DNA from: a bacterium
GTDB taxonomy: Bacteria; Bacillota_I; Bacilli_A; RFN20; CAG-826
Assembly (NCBI GenBank): GCA_963617535.1
Contig: CAVEPD010000004.1
Coordinates: 665 to 64,664, forward strand
Length of the DNA stretch: 64,000 nucleotides
Reading direction: 5' to 3'
The notes beneath the pieces are model-generated. The model was not told where the DNA came from. It was given only the letters and a program-made list of their open reading frames with translations, and did no database searches. The translations under genes and the position numbers were made by a program. Position 1 is the first letter of the stretch, and each line of letters begins with the position of its first letter. Below are positions 27,730 through 36,880 of the stretch, piece by piece.

Positions 27730-28632
27730 TTAACAAGAGATGACAGGCAATGCGCCGAAATGAGAAACGACTTTGGCGCCTTCTTTATTCGCCTCATCTA
27801 GGATTGCCTTGCATTCGTCCATCTTAATTTCGAAAGGATCTTTGACTTTGTCTAGCTCCAGCAAGACGCGTGCATAAAAAGCATCGCCCGCTCCGGTTGT
27901 ATCGACAGGCCTAACGGGAATAGAAGGAACGTAGACAGAGAAAGAAGGCGAATAACAAGCGCTCCCCTTTTCGCCATAACTAACGAATAACAATGACACG
28001 CCCTTCATCTTTTCTTTCTTGAAGGAGACCGGATCGTCTTTTCCAAAGAAGAAGACAAGTTCATCTTCGCTTAGCTTCAGGATGTCCACGTAAGGAAAAA
28101 CTTCATTGTAGATAGCCTTAGCCTCTTCTTCGCTTTCAAATATATCCAAGCGGAGGTTCGCATCAAAAGAAACAAGAGCACCAATCTCATGGAAATACGA
28201 AATTGCCTTCTTTATGAATACACGCCCCTCCTCTTTCGAAAGCATCAGGGAGCCAAAATGCACAATGTCGCCCCTCTTAACGCCCAAAGAAGGGAGTTTG
28301 CTTTCATCAAGAAGATAATCGGCTCCCGGAGAACGAAGAAATCGGAAAGAACGTTCGCCATTATCAAGAGTTACGACCGCTAAAGTCGTGTTGGCGTTGC
28401 TTGTTCGGTCAAGAATCAAGTACTTCAAAGGGTAAAAAGAAGCCTCTTTTGCGGCGAAATCACCAAAGGAATCATTTCCTAGAACTCCATAAAAAGAAGC
28501 ATCACCGCCTTGCACGGCAATATTCGCCGCCACATTAAACGGGGCTCCTCCTAATTTCGAGGAAAGCTCCAAAGAATGGTCTTTGGCCTCACCGAAGATA
28601 TCGAGAAGTATTTCTCCAACGCAATAAACCAT
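27730..28632 (-). CDS. PfkB-family carbohydrate/nucleoside kinase
   Basis: GGAPFNVA and DTTGAGDAF motifs. Confidence 0.85.
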   Translation of the reverse strand: MVYCVGEILLDIFGEAKDHSLELSSKLGGAPFNVAANIAVQGGDASFYGVLGNDSFGDFAAKEASFYPLKYLILDRTSNANTTLAVVTLDNGERSFRFLRSPGADYLLDESKLPSLGVKRGDIVHFGSLMLSKEEGRVFIKKAISYFHEIGALVSFDANLRLDIFESEEEAKAIYNEVFPYVDILKLSEDELVFFFGKDDPVSFKKEKMKGVSLLFVSYGEKGSACYSPSFSVYVPSIPVRPVDTTGAGDAFYARVLLELDKVKDPFEIKMDECKAILDEANKEGAKVVSHFGALPVISC

Positions 28633-28727
28633 AGGTCGATGTCACCTTAGCCCTTTCTAGCCCAAAATCAAGGGAACGTTAAAAATAAAGTTCCGCTAGG
28701 TCTAAGCCAAAAGAGGATAATAGCCCC

Positions 28728-29456
28728 ATGAGTAAAAAAGACCATAAAGCAGAATACCTCCCCTCCTTTTTCAAGGGAATCGCCCACCGCGGCTTACACG
28801 GCAATGGCGTCAGCGAGAACAGCCTGGACGCCTTTAAAAAAGCCATCGACGAAGGATGTGCCTTTGAATTAGATATCCACCTAACAAAAGACAACCAGCT
28901 TATCGTCTGCCACGACTCTGATCTAAAAAGAGTCACCGGCAAGGAAGGGATCATCGAGGATATGACCCTAGAAGAGATCTCCACCTATACGTTGCTGGAC
29001 GGCCAGAAGATTCCTACCTTCCAAGAGGTTCTTGATTTGAATCAGGAACGTTCTTTGATCGTCGTGGAGCTCAAGGTCTATAAAGGCAACTACAAGCCAT
29101 TAAGAAGGAAAGCCATGGAGGCCCTTTCCCAGATCAAAGACAGCAAAAAAATTGTTTTGATTTCCTTTGATCCTAGAGCCTTGCTCCATATCGGGAAACG
29201 CTTCAAGCGTCAGCTTTTGGTTTGCGAAGATCACGATTGGACATGGAAGCTCCACAGCCTATACGATTCAGTAGACCTCGAGGCGACGATGGCGAAGAGA
29301 AAAGAAGTCATCAACTACCGCAAGAAAGGCGGAATCGTGAATGTCTGGACCATCGAAACGATGGAACAGGCGAAAGAATACGCGCCTTACGTGGACACCA
29401 TCACGTATCAATTCGTTGAGCCGAAGCAAATCAAAGACTTGCTTCAAAACAAATAA
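28728..29456 (+). CDS. Glycerophosphodiester phosphodiesterase
   Basis: IAHRGLHG...ENSLDAFKKAIDEGCAFELDIHLTKDNQLIVCHD. Confidence 0.85.
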   Translation: MSKKDHKAEYLPSFFKGIAHRGLHGNGVSENSLDAFKKAIDEGCAFELDIHLTKDNQLIVCHDSDLKRVTGKEGIIEDMTLEEISTYTLLDGQKIPTFQEVLDLNQERSLIVVELKVYKGNYKPLRRKAMEALSQIKDSKKIVLISFDPRALLHIGKRFKRQLLVCEDHDWTWKLHSLYDSVDLEATMAKRKEVINYRKKGGIVNVWTIETMEQAKEYAPYVDTITYQFVEPKQIKDLLQNK

Positions 29457-29588
29457 AAGGTCGGCAGTATCTGATTAAGTAAGTAAAAATTAGACTTACT
29501 TCAATGTCTACTTCAATGGAATTTCAATGAAACGTTGGAGTAACTTCAATGAAAATATCAAAGGGGCGAGGCTTTCTAAATCCGCCCT

Positions 29589-30806
29589 TTATTTGGTGCA
29601 AGAAATAATGATCTCGCGAGCGCATTCTCTGCCGTCTGCGATGCAGGAAGCAATGTTCTTCGCGCCCAAGAAGCAATCCCCAGTCGCATAAACATCTTTA
29701 TAAGAAGTATGATGGCCGCTTTCGATAGTCAAATCATTAGCAAGTTTAGAGAAATCTACTTTTTGTCCAATCGCGGAGACAAGGAGATCGCAGTCCAAAA
29801 GATATTCTGAGTCAGGGATCTCATGGCAAGAGGCCCTGCCAGAAGAATCCATCTCGCCAAGTTCCATTTTCACGAGTTTCACGCCAATGACTTCGTCCTT
29901 CTCGTTTTTAATGAGGTCTTTGACATTGGTGAGGAAGCAAACATCCACACCTTCTTTTATGGCTTCTTGGATTTCAACTTCGCTTGCAGGCATCTCTTTT
30001 AAGGAACGGCGATAGACAATCGTAACCTTGCCTCCTAAACGGATTAGGCTGCGCGCGCAATCCAAAGCGACGTTGCCCCCACCCCAAACAAGGGAGGATT
30101 TGTATTTCGAATATTTTTCTTTCCCGTCCCCGATGTTGATCTCGCGAAGGATTTGAAGCCCGGAGACTAATCCCCCTTTTGCCTCAAACCCCACGGAATT
30201 GTTCTTGCTTGCCCCGATTCCGAGAATGACGTAATCAAATTCTTGTTGAAGATTTCCCAAAGAAGAATTCGTATCAATGGGCGAGTTGAAATGGAATACA
30301 GCGCCCATGGTCTCAAGGTCTTTTTGAACCGCGTCCAAAGGGCTCTTATCGAAACGGAAATCCGGAATGCCCGTGCGGATAGCTCCGCCGATAAAGTTCT
30401 CTTTTTCAAAGAATTCCACCGCAAAACCCGCTTTGATTAAGAAATAAGCCGCACTTAAATTCGCAATTCCCGCGCCAATCAAGGCAACTTTCATCCCATT
30501 GGAATTTCCTTTGCTCAAATCCCTTCCAACAAGTTTCGATAGCTCATATTCAATCTGAGGAATGGCAACGGCATCCCCTTTGATGGCTTTAACGCACTTG
30601 CCTTGGCACTGCCTTTTATGGTCGCAAAGCAAAGAGGTGAACTCCGGAAAAGGATTCACGTCACGCAGGATCTTTCCCGCAGTGGCATAATCCTCTTTTT
30701 TGCATTCGGCGATCCAGTTACGGATCAAGTTCCCCGTTGGGCAGCCCGTTTGGCAGCGGGGCTTAGGGCAGCTAAGGCATTCTTTGGCGAGTTCTTTCGT
30801 GTTCAT
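29589..30806 (-). CDS. GltD/PreT-like NAD(P)H-dependent FAD/Fe-S oxidoreductase
   Basis: N-terminal Cys cluster (CLSCPKPRCQTGCP), two dinucleotide folds (VALIGAGIANLSAA; VWGGGNVALDCA), and ATGDC. The start was set to the ATG at 30806. Confidence 0.75.
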   Translation of the reverse strand: MNTKELAKECLSCPKPRCQTGCPTGNLIRNWIAECKKEDYATAGKILRDVNPFPEFTSLLCDHKRQCQGKCVKAIKGDAVAIPQIEYELSKLVGRDLSKGNSNGMKVALIGAGIANLSAAYFLIKAGFAVEFFEKENFIGGAIRTGIPDFRFDKSPLDAVQKDLETMGAVFHFNSPIDTNSSLGNLQQEFDYVILGIGASKNNSVGFEAKGGLVSGLQILREINIGDGKEKYSKYKSSLVWGGGNVALDCARSLIRLGGKVTIVYRRSLKEMPASEVEIQEAIKEGVDVCFLTNVKDLIKNEKDEVIGVKLVKMELGEMDSSGRASCHEIPDSEYLLDCDLLVSAIGQKVDFSKLANDLTIESGHHTSYKDVYATGDCFLGAKNIASCIADGRECAREIIISCTK

Positions 30807-30855
30807 AAAGGTTCTTCGATTTCGTAAAATTATATCGACTTTAGGCTGCATTGCT

Positions 30856-31413
30856 ATGAAAGAAACGCCGATTCTAACCACTTCTAGGCTAACTCTCCGC
30901 CCCTTCGTTATGGAAGACGCCGAGGACGTCTATGAATGGACGGGGTCTTGGGAAGTGACAAAGTATCTTTGGTGGTATCCCAATCGCGATTTGGAGACCA
31001 CAAAAAAGATTCTCAAGAAATGGCTTAGGAATCAAAGAAATTACTCCTGGGCCATTGTAAGAGAAAACGAAGCAATTGGAGAAATACAAGTCATTAAAGA
31101 CTTACCGGAAAAAGGGTTCGAATTTGGAATCACCTCCAAAGTCAGCGCGCAAGGCAAAGGCTATATGAGAGAAGCTTCCTTCAAAGCCATCGAATATCTT
31201 TTCTCCTCAGGGTTATATGAATATGGCTATGCGGAAAGCGACGCTAGAAACGAAAGATCCCATCATCTATTAGAGTCTTTAGGATTCATCAAAATAGAAG
31301 AAAAGAAAGACGTCTTGATCACAAAGAAAAACGAAAAAATCAATATCGTTTGCTTTAGGCTTAATAAGGCTGATTTCGCCGCAAAACTGAAGGATTTTGT
31401 TGTTTTGCGATAA
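30856..31413 (+). CDS. GNAT-family N-acetyltransferase (RimJ/RimL-like)
   Basis: ILTTSRLTLRPFVMEDAEDVYEW N-terminus. The start was set to the ATG at 30856. Confidence 0.7.
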   Translation: MKETPILTTSRLTLRPFVMEDAEDVYEWTGSWEVTKYLWWYPNRDLETTKKILKKWLRNQRNYSWAIVRENEAIGEIQVIKDLPEKGFEFGITSKVSAQGKGYMREASFKAIEYLFSSGLYEYGYAESDARNERSHHLLESLGFIKIEEKKDVLITKKNEKINIVCFRLNKADFAAKLKDFVVLR

Positions 31414-31421
31414 TTCAGTGT

Positions 31422-31479
31422 ATTGAGATACTGCGCCAAAATGACATTTTTTGGATGTGTTTTGGCGCATTATCTCAAT
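31422..31479. repeat. 20-bp near-perfect inverted repeat with an 18-nt loop, between convergent genes
   Basis: ATTGAGATACTGCGCCAAAA (31422-31441) against TTTTGGCGCATTATCTCAAT (31460-31479), with one mismatch. Confidence 0.7.
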
Positions 31480-31553
31480 GTTTTGAAAGCTAATTCATCA
31501 CCAATTTTCAGTTTGAAAACATCAAAAAAGAGCGTCATTAAGCTAAGCAAAGC

Positions 31554-32120
31554 TCAACGGTATCTGTCTTTGCTCCCTGGGAAAACCAAGGACCCAATCG
31601 ACTTCGTAAGAGGGACGCAGACAAGCCCGATCGCCACCGCCGTGGCAAGGCTAATGCCCAAGCGAATAAAGGTTGTGACCCAAACGATTTTGAAAGAGTA
31701 ATCAAAGATAAGAGCGTCCAAGAACGACACCAAAGTATTAAGCCCCGTCACACACAAGGAAGCAAAAATCAAAGTAATAAAATAAGGAACGGGGTGTCTT
31801 TCTAACGCCTTCCCCTTCTTTTTGAAAAGCATGGAAACTAATCCAATCACGATGGCTCTGATTCCCGGGACAAGCACCCATAAGGGTGTCGTTAAACTGA
31901 AACCATAGTTAATTGTCTGGCAAATGAACTCGCCTAAAACCGCAACGATGAAGCCGTCGACAGGCCCGAAAAGCAAGGCGGAAAACACAACTGGCAAGGA
32001 GCCAAAGCTGATCCTCACCATCGGTCCAATTTTGATATTGACCAACGTCAAAACAACGAATAAGCCGACCAGCATGCCGTCTGCGCACATGCGGCGAATC
32101 AAAGAATCTCTTTTTCCCAT
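31554..32120 (-). CDS. folT: ECF transporter S component, folate-family (FolT-like)
   Basis: Polytopic ~188 aa protein (ISFGSLPVVFSALLFGPVDGFIVAVLGEF). A THF riboswitch lies immediately upstream. The start was set to the ATG at 32120. Confidence 0.75.
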   Translation of the reverse strand: MGKRDSLIRRMCADGMLVGLFVVLTLVNIKIGPMVRISFGSLPVVFSALLFGPVDGFIVAVLGEFICQTINYGFSLTTPLWVLVPGIRAIVIGLVSMLFKKKGKALERHPVPYFITLIFASLCVTGLNTLVSFLDALIFDYSFKIVWVTTFIRLGISLATAVAIGLVCVPLTKSIGSLVFPGSKDRYR

Positions 32121-32159
32121 GCCCAAATTTCCTTTCTTGGCAGGGAGGTAAGCTTTAAA

Positions 32160-32248
32160 TAGCGGCAGCGAGATTTCACCGCGGATATTTCCTTCGTCCT
32201 GAGGCGACCTCCCATCCTCAGGCACTTAACGCGAAATCTCTACTCTAG
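32160..32248 (-). promoter_or_regulatory. THF (tetrahydrofolate) riboswitch aptamer
   Basis: Minus strand: CUAGAGUAGAGAUUUCGCGUUAAGUGCCUGAGGAUGGGAGGUCGCCUCAGGACGAAGGAAAUAUCCGCGGUGAAAUCUCGCUGCCGCUA. It aligns block by block with my recollection of the Eubacterium siraeum THF aptamer (GAGUAG..UUCGCGUUAAGUG..AUGGGAxGUCG..ACGAAG..GCGGUGAA..CCGCU), including the P1 A-G mismatch. Confidence 0.85.
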
Positions 32249-32289
32249 AAAGCTTGCTGATATCTCAGCGGGAAAATCATAACACGAGT

Positions 32290-32318
32290 AAAGAAAAAGA
32301 AAGGGGGACGCGCCCCCT
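32290..32318 (-). terminator. Intrinsic terminator after trpS
   Basis: Minus strand: GGGGGCGCGUCCCCC followed by UUUCUUUUUCUUU. Confidence 0.75.
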
Positions 32319-32322
32319 AAAA

Positions 32323-33477
32323 TCACTTTTTGGATTTGGCCAGGTATTCTTCAAGAGCCTTTTGCTGTTCGTGAGCCCTATTGAATGCCTTTTGTTGTTT
32401 TTCGATGAGCTTCGTATTCTCGAAGTAATTGATGCCCATGGCCCTTCTCGCCCGCATGGCGATATAGGCGGCTTTGGCCTCGGCTTTCTTCGAGCCTTCT
32501 TCAAGGATCTTGTAAACCCCTGCGACATCCTTCTCTAGTTCATGACGCCTTTGTCTCATCGGCTCGAGGGTGCTATTGATGACATTCACGAGGAAGCGCT
32601 TGACGACAACATCACCTAACCCGCCTTTCCTATAATGGTCTTTCAATTCGTCTAAGTTCTTATATTGAGGCAAAAACTCCGCAAAATGCTCATCTTTTGC
32701 AAAGGCATCGAGATAAGTGAACACCGGATTCCCCTCCGTATGACCAGGATCAGAAACCTGCAAATGGGTAGGATCGGTGAACATAGACATGACTTGTTTC
32801 TCAACAGTTTTGGCGTCGTCAGAAAGATAGATGCAGTTGCCAAGCGATTTGCTCATCTTGGCCTTGCCATCCGTCCCAGGGAGACGTTTGGAGGCGGCGT
32901 TATCCGGAAGCATGATCTTCGCTTCTTGGAAAACGTTCCCATAAAGGGAGTTGAACTTCCTAGCGATTTCATTGGCCTGTTCGATCATCGGTTCCTGGTC
33001 TTCGCCAACGGGAACGACTGTCGTGCCGAACATCAAGATATCCGCGGCCTGAGAAATCGGATAGGTCATGAAGCCAACCGGAATCGATTCCCCAAATTGA
33101 CGCATCGCCAGCTCGTTTTTAACCGTGGGGTTTCTGACCAAGCGAGAATAGGTGACAAGATCAAGGAAGTAGCAGGTGAATTCGAAAAGTTCAGGAACGC
33201 GGGACTGGACGAAAATCGTAACCTTATTCGGATCAATCCCGGCAGCCAAATAATCCAAAGCGACCTCAATCACGTTGTCTCTAACTTTCTGAGGGTTGCC
33301 CGCGTTGTCGGTGAGAGCCTGAGTGTCCGCAATCATCACATACATCTCGTCGAAATCGCCTTGATTCTGCAATTCGACCCTTCTTCTTAAGGAGCCAACA
33401 TAGTGACCGATATGAAGACGACCGGTCGGGCGGTCGCCAGTAAGCATGACTTGGGGAATTTTCTTTTCTTCTTCCAT
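32323..33477 (-). CDS. trpS: Tryptophan--tRNA ligase with a C-terminal K/E/Q-rich extension
   Basis: HIGH-type motif (RLHIGHYVG) and the KMSKS motif. The start is at the ATG at 33477 (or a GTG at 33507). About 35 extra residues follow the usual ...RARRAMGI end. Confidence 0.93.
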   Translation of the reverse strand: MEEEKKIPQVMLTGDRPTGRLHIGHYVGSLRRRVELQNQGDFDEMYVMIADTQALTDNAGNPQKVRDNVIEVALDYLAAGIDPNKVTIFVQSRVPELFEFTCYFLDLVTYSRLVRNPTVKNELAMRQFGESIPVGFMTYPISQAADILMFGTTVVPVGEDQEPMIEQANEIARKFNSLYGNVFQEAKIMLPDNAASKRLPGTDGKAKMSKSLGNCIYLSDDAKTVEKQVMSMFTDPTHLQVSDPGHTEGNPVFTYLDAFAKDEHFAEFLPQYKNLDELKDHYRKGGLGDVVVKRFLVNVINSTLEPMRQRRHELEKDVAGVYKILEEGSKKAEAKAAYIAMRARRAMGINYFENTKLIEKQQKAFNRAHEQQKALEEYLAKSKK

Positions 33478-33513
33478 AACTTTTTCTCGCTTCTCAAATT
33501 CTAGCACTTGCCT

Positions 33514-34836
33514 TTATTTGCGGTGCTCGGCTTTCCATTGTTTGATTTGTTCTAGTCTAAGCTTGTACTTGGATTCTAAGCCTTGGGTGCTCGGTTTGTA
33601 ATATTCTCGCCCCGCAAGTTTCGGAGGCAAGCAAACTTCATTCGTGAGTTTCTCAGGAGCATCTTGGGCGTATTGGTACCCTTTGTTATAGCCAAGCTCT
33701 TTCATAAGCTTCGTCGGAGCGTTTCTAATATCCAGCGGCACCGGTTCGGCGAAGGTTTTTTCCGCGTCTAAGGCAGCGGCGTCATAAGCCACTTCCATGC
33801 AGTTAGATTTTGGGGCCAATGACATATAGACCACCGCTTCGGTTAGATTCACGTTGCATTCAGGAACCCCGATGAAGTGGCAAGCCTGATAAGCCGCGAC
33901 CGCGACTTCCATGGCTCGAGGGTCCGCCATGCCGACGTCTTCTGAGGAGAAACGAATGATGCGTCTAGCGATATAAAGAGGATCTTCCCCCGCTTCCAGC
34001 ATCCTCGCTAACCAATAAATGGCCGCATCGGGATCACTGTTTCTCATGGATTTATGCAAAGCGGAGATCAGATTGTAATGTTCTTCGCCCTTCTTGTCAT
34101 ATAGCAATGACTTCTTAGCGGTGCACTGAACAATGTCGTCTTCACTAATTTCAATGGAGCCATCAGCTTTGGTATTTCCGTTGAGAATTACCATTTCTAG
34201 AGTCGATAAGGATTTTCTAGCGTCGCCATTAGCAAAGTTCGCAATCAAAGCAAGGTTGTCATCGCTGATGAAGATTTTCTGATCGCCGAAGCCTTTCGGA
34301 GAAGCTAAGGCGTTTCTAAGAAGTTTCACCAGTTCCTGAGGTTCGAGCGCCTTTAAAACGAAGACCTTACAGCGAGACAAAAGAGCGGAGTTAACCTCAA
34401 AGGAAGGATTCTCAGTCGTTGCTCCGATCAAAATGATGGAGCCTTTTTCAACATATGGCAAAAAGGCGTCTTGCTGAGCCTTGTTGAAACGATGAATTTC
34501 ATCCACGAAAAGGATGGTCTTCTCACCGTATTGGCGGTTTTTCTCCGCCTGTTCCATCACCTCTTTGATTTCCTTAATTCCAGAGGTAACCGCAGAGAAA
34601 TTGATGAACGTGGCCTTTGTTTTGTTCGCGATGATCTGCGCAAGAGTCGTTTTCCCAACACCGGGCGGACCCCAAAAAATCATCGAGGAAACTTGATCGT
34701 TTTCGATTAGTTTTCGAAGGACCTTTCCTTCGCCTAACAAATGCTCCTGTCCCACGAATTCACTTAAATCCTGGGGGCGCAGCCTTGCAGCTAAGGGTTC
34801 TTTAATATCTTTTCCGAATAAATTGCCTTGTTCCAC
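33514..34836 (-). CDS. rarA: Replication-associated recombination protein A (RarA/MgsA AAA+ ATPase)
   Basis: LAARLRPQDLSEFVGQEHL, GPPGVGKTTLA, FVDEIHRFNK. The probable start is the GTG at 34836 (VEQGNLF...). The longer track ORF adds an implausible hydrophobic leader. Confidence 0.88.
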   Translation of the reverse strand: MEQGNLFGKDIKEPLAARLRPQDLSEFVGQEHLLGEGKVLRKLIENDQVSSMIFWGPPGVGKTTLAQIIANKTKATFINFSAVTSGIKEIKEVMEQAEKNRQYGEKTILFVDEIHRFNKAQQDAFLPYVEKGSIILIGATTENPSFEVNSALLSRCKVFVLKALEPQELVKLLRNALASPKGFGDQKIFISDDNLALIANFANGDARKSLSTLEMVILNGNTKADGSIEISEDDIVQCTAKKSLLYDKKGEEHYNLISALHKSMRNSDPDAAIYWLARMLEAGEDPLYIARRIIRFSSEDVGMADPRAMEVAVAAYQACHFIGVPECNVNLTEAVVYMSLAPKSNCMEVAYDAAALDAEKTFAEPVPLDIRNAPTKLMKELGYNKGYQYAQDAPEKLTNEVCLPPKLAGREYYKPSTQGLESKYKLRLEQIKQWKAEHRK

Positions 34837-34985
34837 AGGAACAATCCTACCATCAAGGGGGCGAATTCGCCTTAAGGAAAAGAGGAAAAAGAGCCCATTC
34901 AGGAAAAGAATTGAAAAAGTAAGCGTTTTCGGTCTATCCAAAGCAAGCAAAATGAACCACAATTTCCTAAATACAGGGGAGACCT

Positions 34986-36521
34986 ATGGAAAAGATTATC
35001 GTTCTCGACTTCGGTGGGCAGTATAACCAATTGATCGCCAGGCGCGTTCGTCAGTGCCGCGTCTATTCGGAAGTGTTGCCTTTCACCACTTCTATCGACG
35101 TTTTGAAAGATGAAGACATCAAAGGAATCATCTTCACGGGAGGGCCGAACAGCGTCTATGACCCCGCCTCCCCTCATATCGATCCCAAGATTTTCGAGCT
35201 TGGAAAGCCCATCCTCGGCATTTGCTATGGTGCCCAGCTTATGGCTTACACTCTCGGAGGCAAGGTCGAGCCCAACGTCAAATCCGAATACGGGAACATC
35301 GAAATCACCCTTTGCAAGGAAAGCAAGCTCACCAAAGGAGTCCCTTCCAAAAACGCGGTCTTCATGTCTCATAACGACAAAGTCACGAAGCTTCCCGAAG
35401 GCTTCTCCGTTCTTGGAAAAAGCGATAATTGCGAGAATGCAATCTTCGAAAACCCCGCAAAAGCCCTCTATGCGACTCAGTTCCACCCTGAAGTGGAGCA
35501 CAGCGTTTACGGCCAAAAGATGATTGAGAACTTCGTCTTGGACGTCTGCCATTGCAGCGCCTCCTGGCAGCCTTCTTCTTTCATCGAAACAAAGATTGCA
35601 GAGATTAGAAAGCAAGTTGGAAACAAGCGCGTTTTATGCGCGCTCTCTGGCGGAGTCGATTCTTCCGTCACCGCTGCGATCCTAGACAAGGCGATTGGCG
35701 AGAACCTCACCTGCGTCTTCGTGGATCACGGCTTACTCCGCAAAAATGAAGCTGAGCAAGTCAAATCCATCTTCGGAAACAAAGATAAATACCACCTCAA
35801 TTTCGTCCCCGTGGATGCTTCTAAGCTCTTCTTAGACCGCCTTTCCGGCGTTACCGAGCCTGAGCAGAAGCGCAAGATCATCGGCAAATCCTTCATCGAC
35901 GTGTTCAACGATTCCCAAAAGAACTTCCCCCACTGCGATTTCTTGGCCCAAGGCACCATCTATCCTGACCGCATCGAATCTGGCTTAGGAATCTCCGCGA
36001 CCATCAAGTCCCACCACAACGTCGGTGGTCTTCCCAAAGACACAGGTTTCGAAGGCATCGTCGAGCCTTTGAAAGACCTCTTCAAAGACGAGGTCAGAGA
36101 AGTCGGTTTACTACTTGGCCTTCCCGCGGATCTCATCTACCGCCAGCCCTTCCCAGGGCCCGGCCTAGCCATCCGCATCATCGGTGAGATTACCAAAGAG
36201 AAAATCACGATCGTTCAAGAAGCGGACGCCATCTTCCGCGAAGAGATGAAAAAGAGCGGTTACGAGAAAAAAGCCTCTCAGTTCTTCGCGGCTTTGTCGA
36301 ACATGCGCTCCGTCGGAGTCATGGGTGACAGCAGAACTTATGATTACGCCATCGTTCTCCGCGCCGTCTCCACGGATGATTTTATGACAGCAAAGCCTGT
36401 CGAGCTGCCTTATGAGCTGATCACGAAAATCAGTGACCGCATCGTCAATGAAGTCGATGGGGTGAACCGCGTCCTTTACGACTTCACCTCAAAACCGCCC
36501 GCAACAATCGAGCTCGAATAG
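34986..36521 (+). CDS. guaA: GMP synthase (glutamine-hydrolysing)
   Basis: GATase domain (ILGICYGAQL), ATP-PPase motif SGGVDSSV, and the C-terminal ...KPPATIELE. Confidence 0.95.
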   Translation: MEKIIVLDFGGQYNQLIARRVRQCRVYSEVLPFTTSIDVLKDEDIKGIIFTGGPNSVYDPASPHIDPKIFELGKPILGICYGAQLMAYTLGGKVEPNVKSEYGNIEITLCKESKLTKGVPSKNAVFMSHNDKVTKLPEGFSVLGKSDNCENAIFENPAKALYATQFHPEVEHSVYGQKMIENFVLDVCHCSASWQPSSFIETKIAEIRKQVGNKRVLCALSGGVDSSVTAAILDKAIGENLTCVFVDHGLLRKNEAEQVKSIFGNKDKYHLNFVPVDASKLFLDRLSGVTEPEQKRKIIGKSFIDVFNDSQKNFPHCDFLAQGTIYPDRIESGLGISATIKSHHNVGGLPKDTGFEGIVEPLKDLFKDEVREVGLLLGLPADLIYRQPFPGPGLAIRIIGEITKEKITIVQEADAIFREEMKKSGYEKKASQFFAALSNMRSVGVMGDSRTYDYAIVLRAVSTDDFMTAKPVELPYELITKISDRIVNEVDGVNRVLYDFTSKPPATIELE

Positions 36522-36531
36522 CAAAAGAAGC

Positions 36532-36568
36532 AGGCCATCCCCATCATGGAAAATGGCCTTTTCTTTTA
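36532..36568 (+). terminator. Intrinsic terminator after guaA
   Basis: AGGCCAT...ATGGCCT stem followed by TTTTCTTTT. Confidence 0.65.
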
Positions 36569-36880
36569 GGATTCTAGACGAAAGATCTTGGAAGGCAAAG
36601 TTTCCATCTCCGCCTTGTTTCTTTATTAAAAAGGCAATGAGCCCACAAGAATCAAAACGAATTTCTCCTTTTGTGCAAGCGACCATGGTCTTGCTTGCAA
36701 AGTCGGAACAGACATCCTAGCCTAGGGCAAAACAAAGATAATGCTTTCCGCTAGCGTAAACGTGAACGGAGCCACATTCTTACCGAGAATCTGCGCAAGA
36801 AGCCCCTCTCTGCCCGTATGACGGCATCTCAGCGCTTTTAAAGCATTAGAAACAGAATAATTAAAATCAAGCTTTAGCCA

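Noticed and set aside
31423-31701. 92-aa plus-strand ORF overlapping the folT 3' end
   Set aside because: It starts inside the 20-bp inverted repeat, overlaps a well-supported minus-strand gene, and has no RBS.
33478-33513. T-box leader expected upstream of trpS
   Set aside because: Only 7-36 nt separate trpS from the rarA stop, which leaves no room for a T-box. trpS appears to be co-transcribed with rarA.
36522-36880. Possible gene remnant between guaA and the DUF4143 ATPase. A minus-strand frame reads ...GLLAQILGKNVAPFTFTLAESIIFVLP.
   Set aside because: It is short, has no start and no recognisable motif. I cannot distinguish it from chance without a database search.
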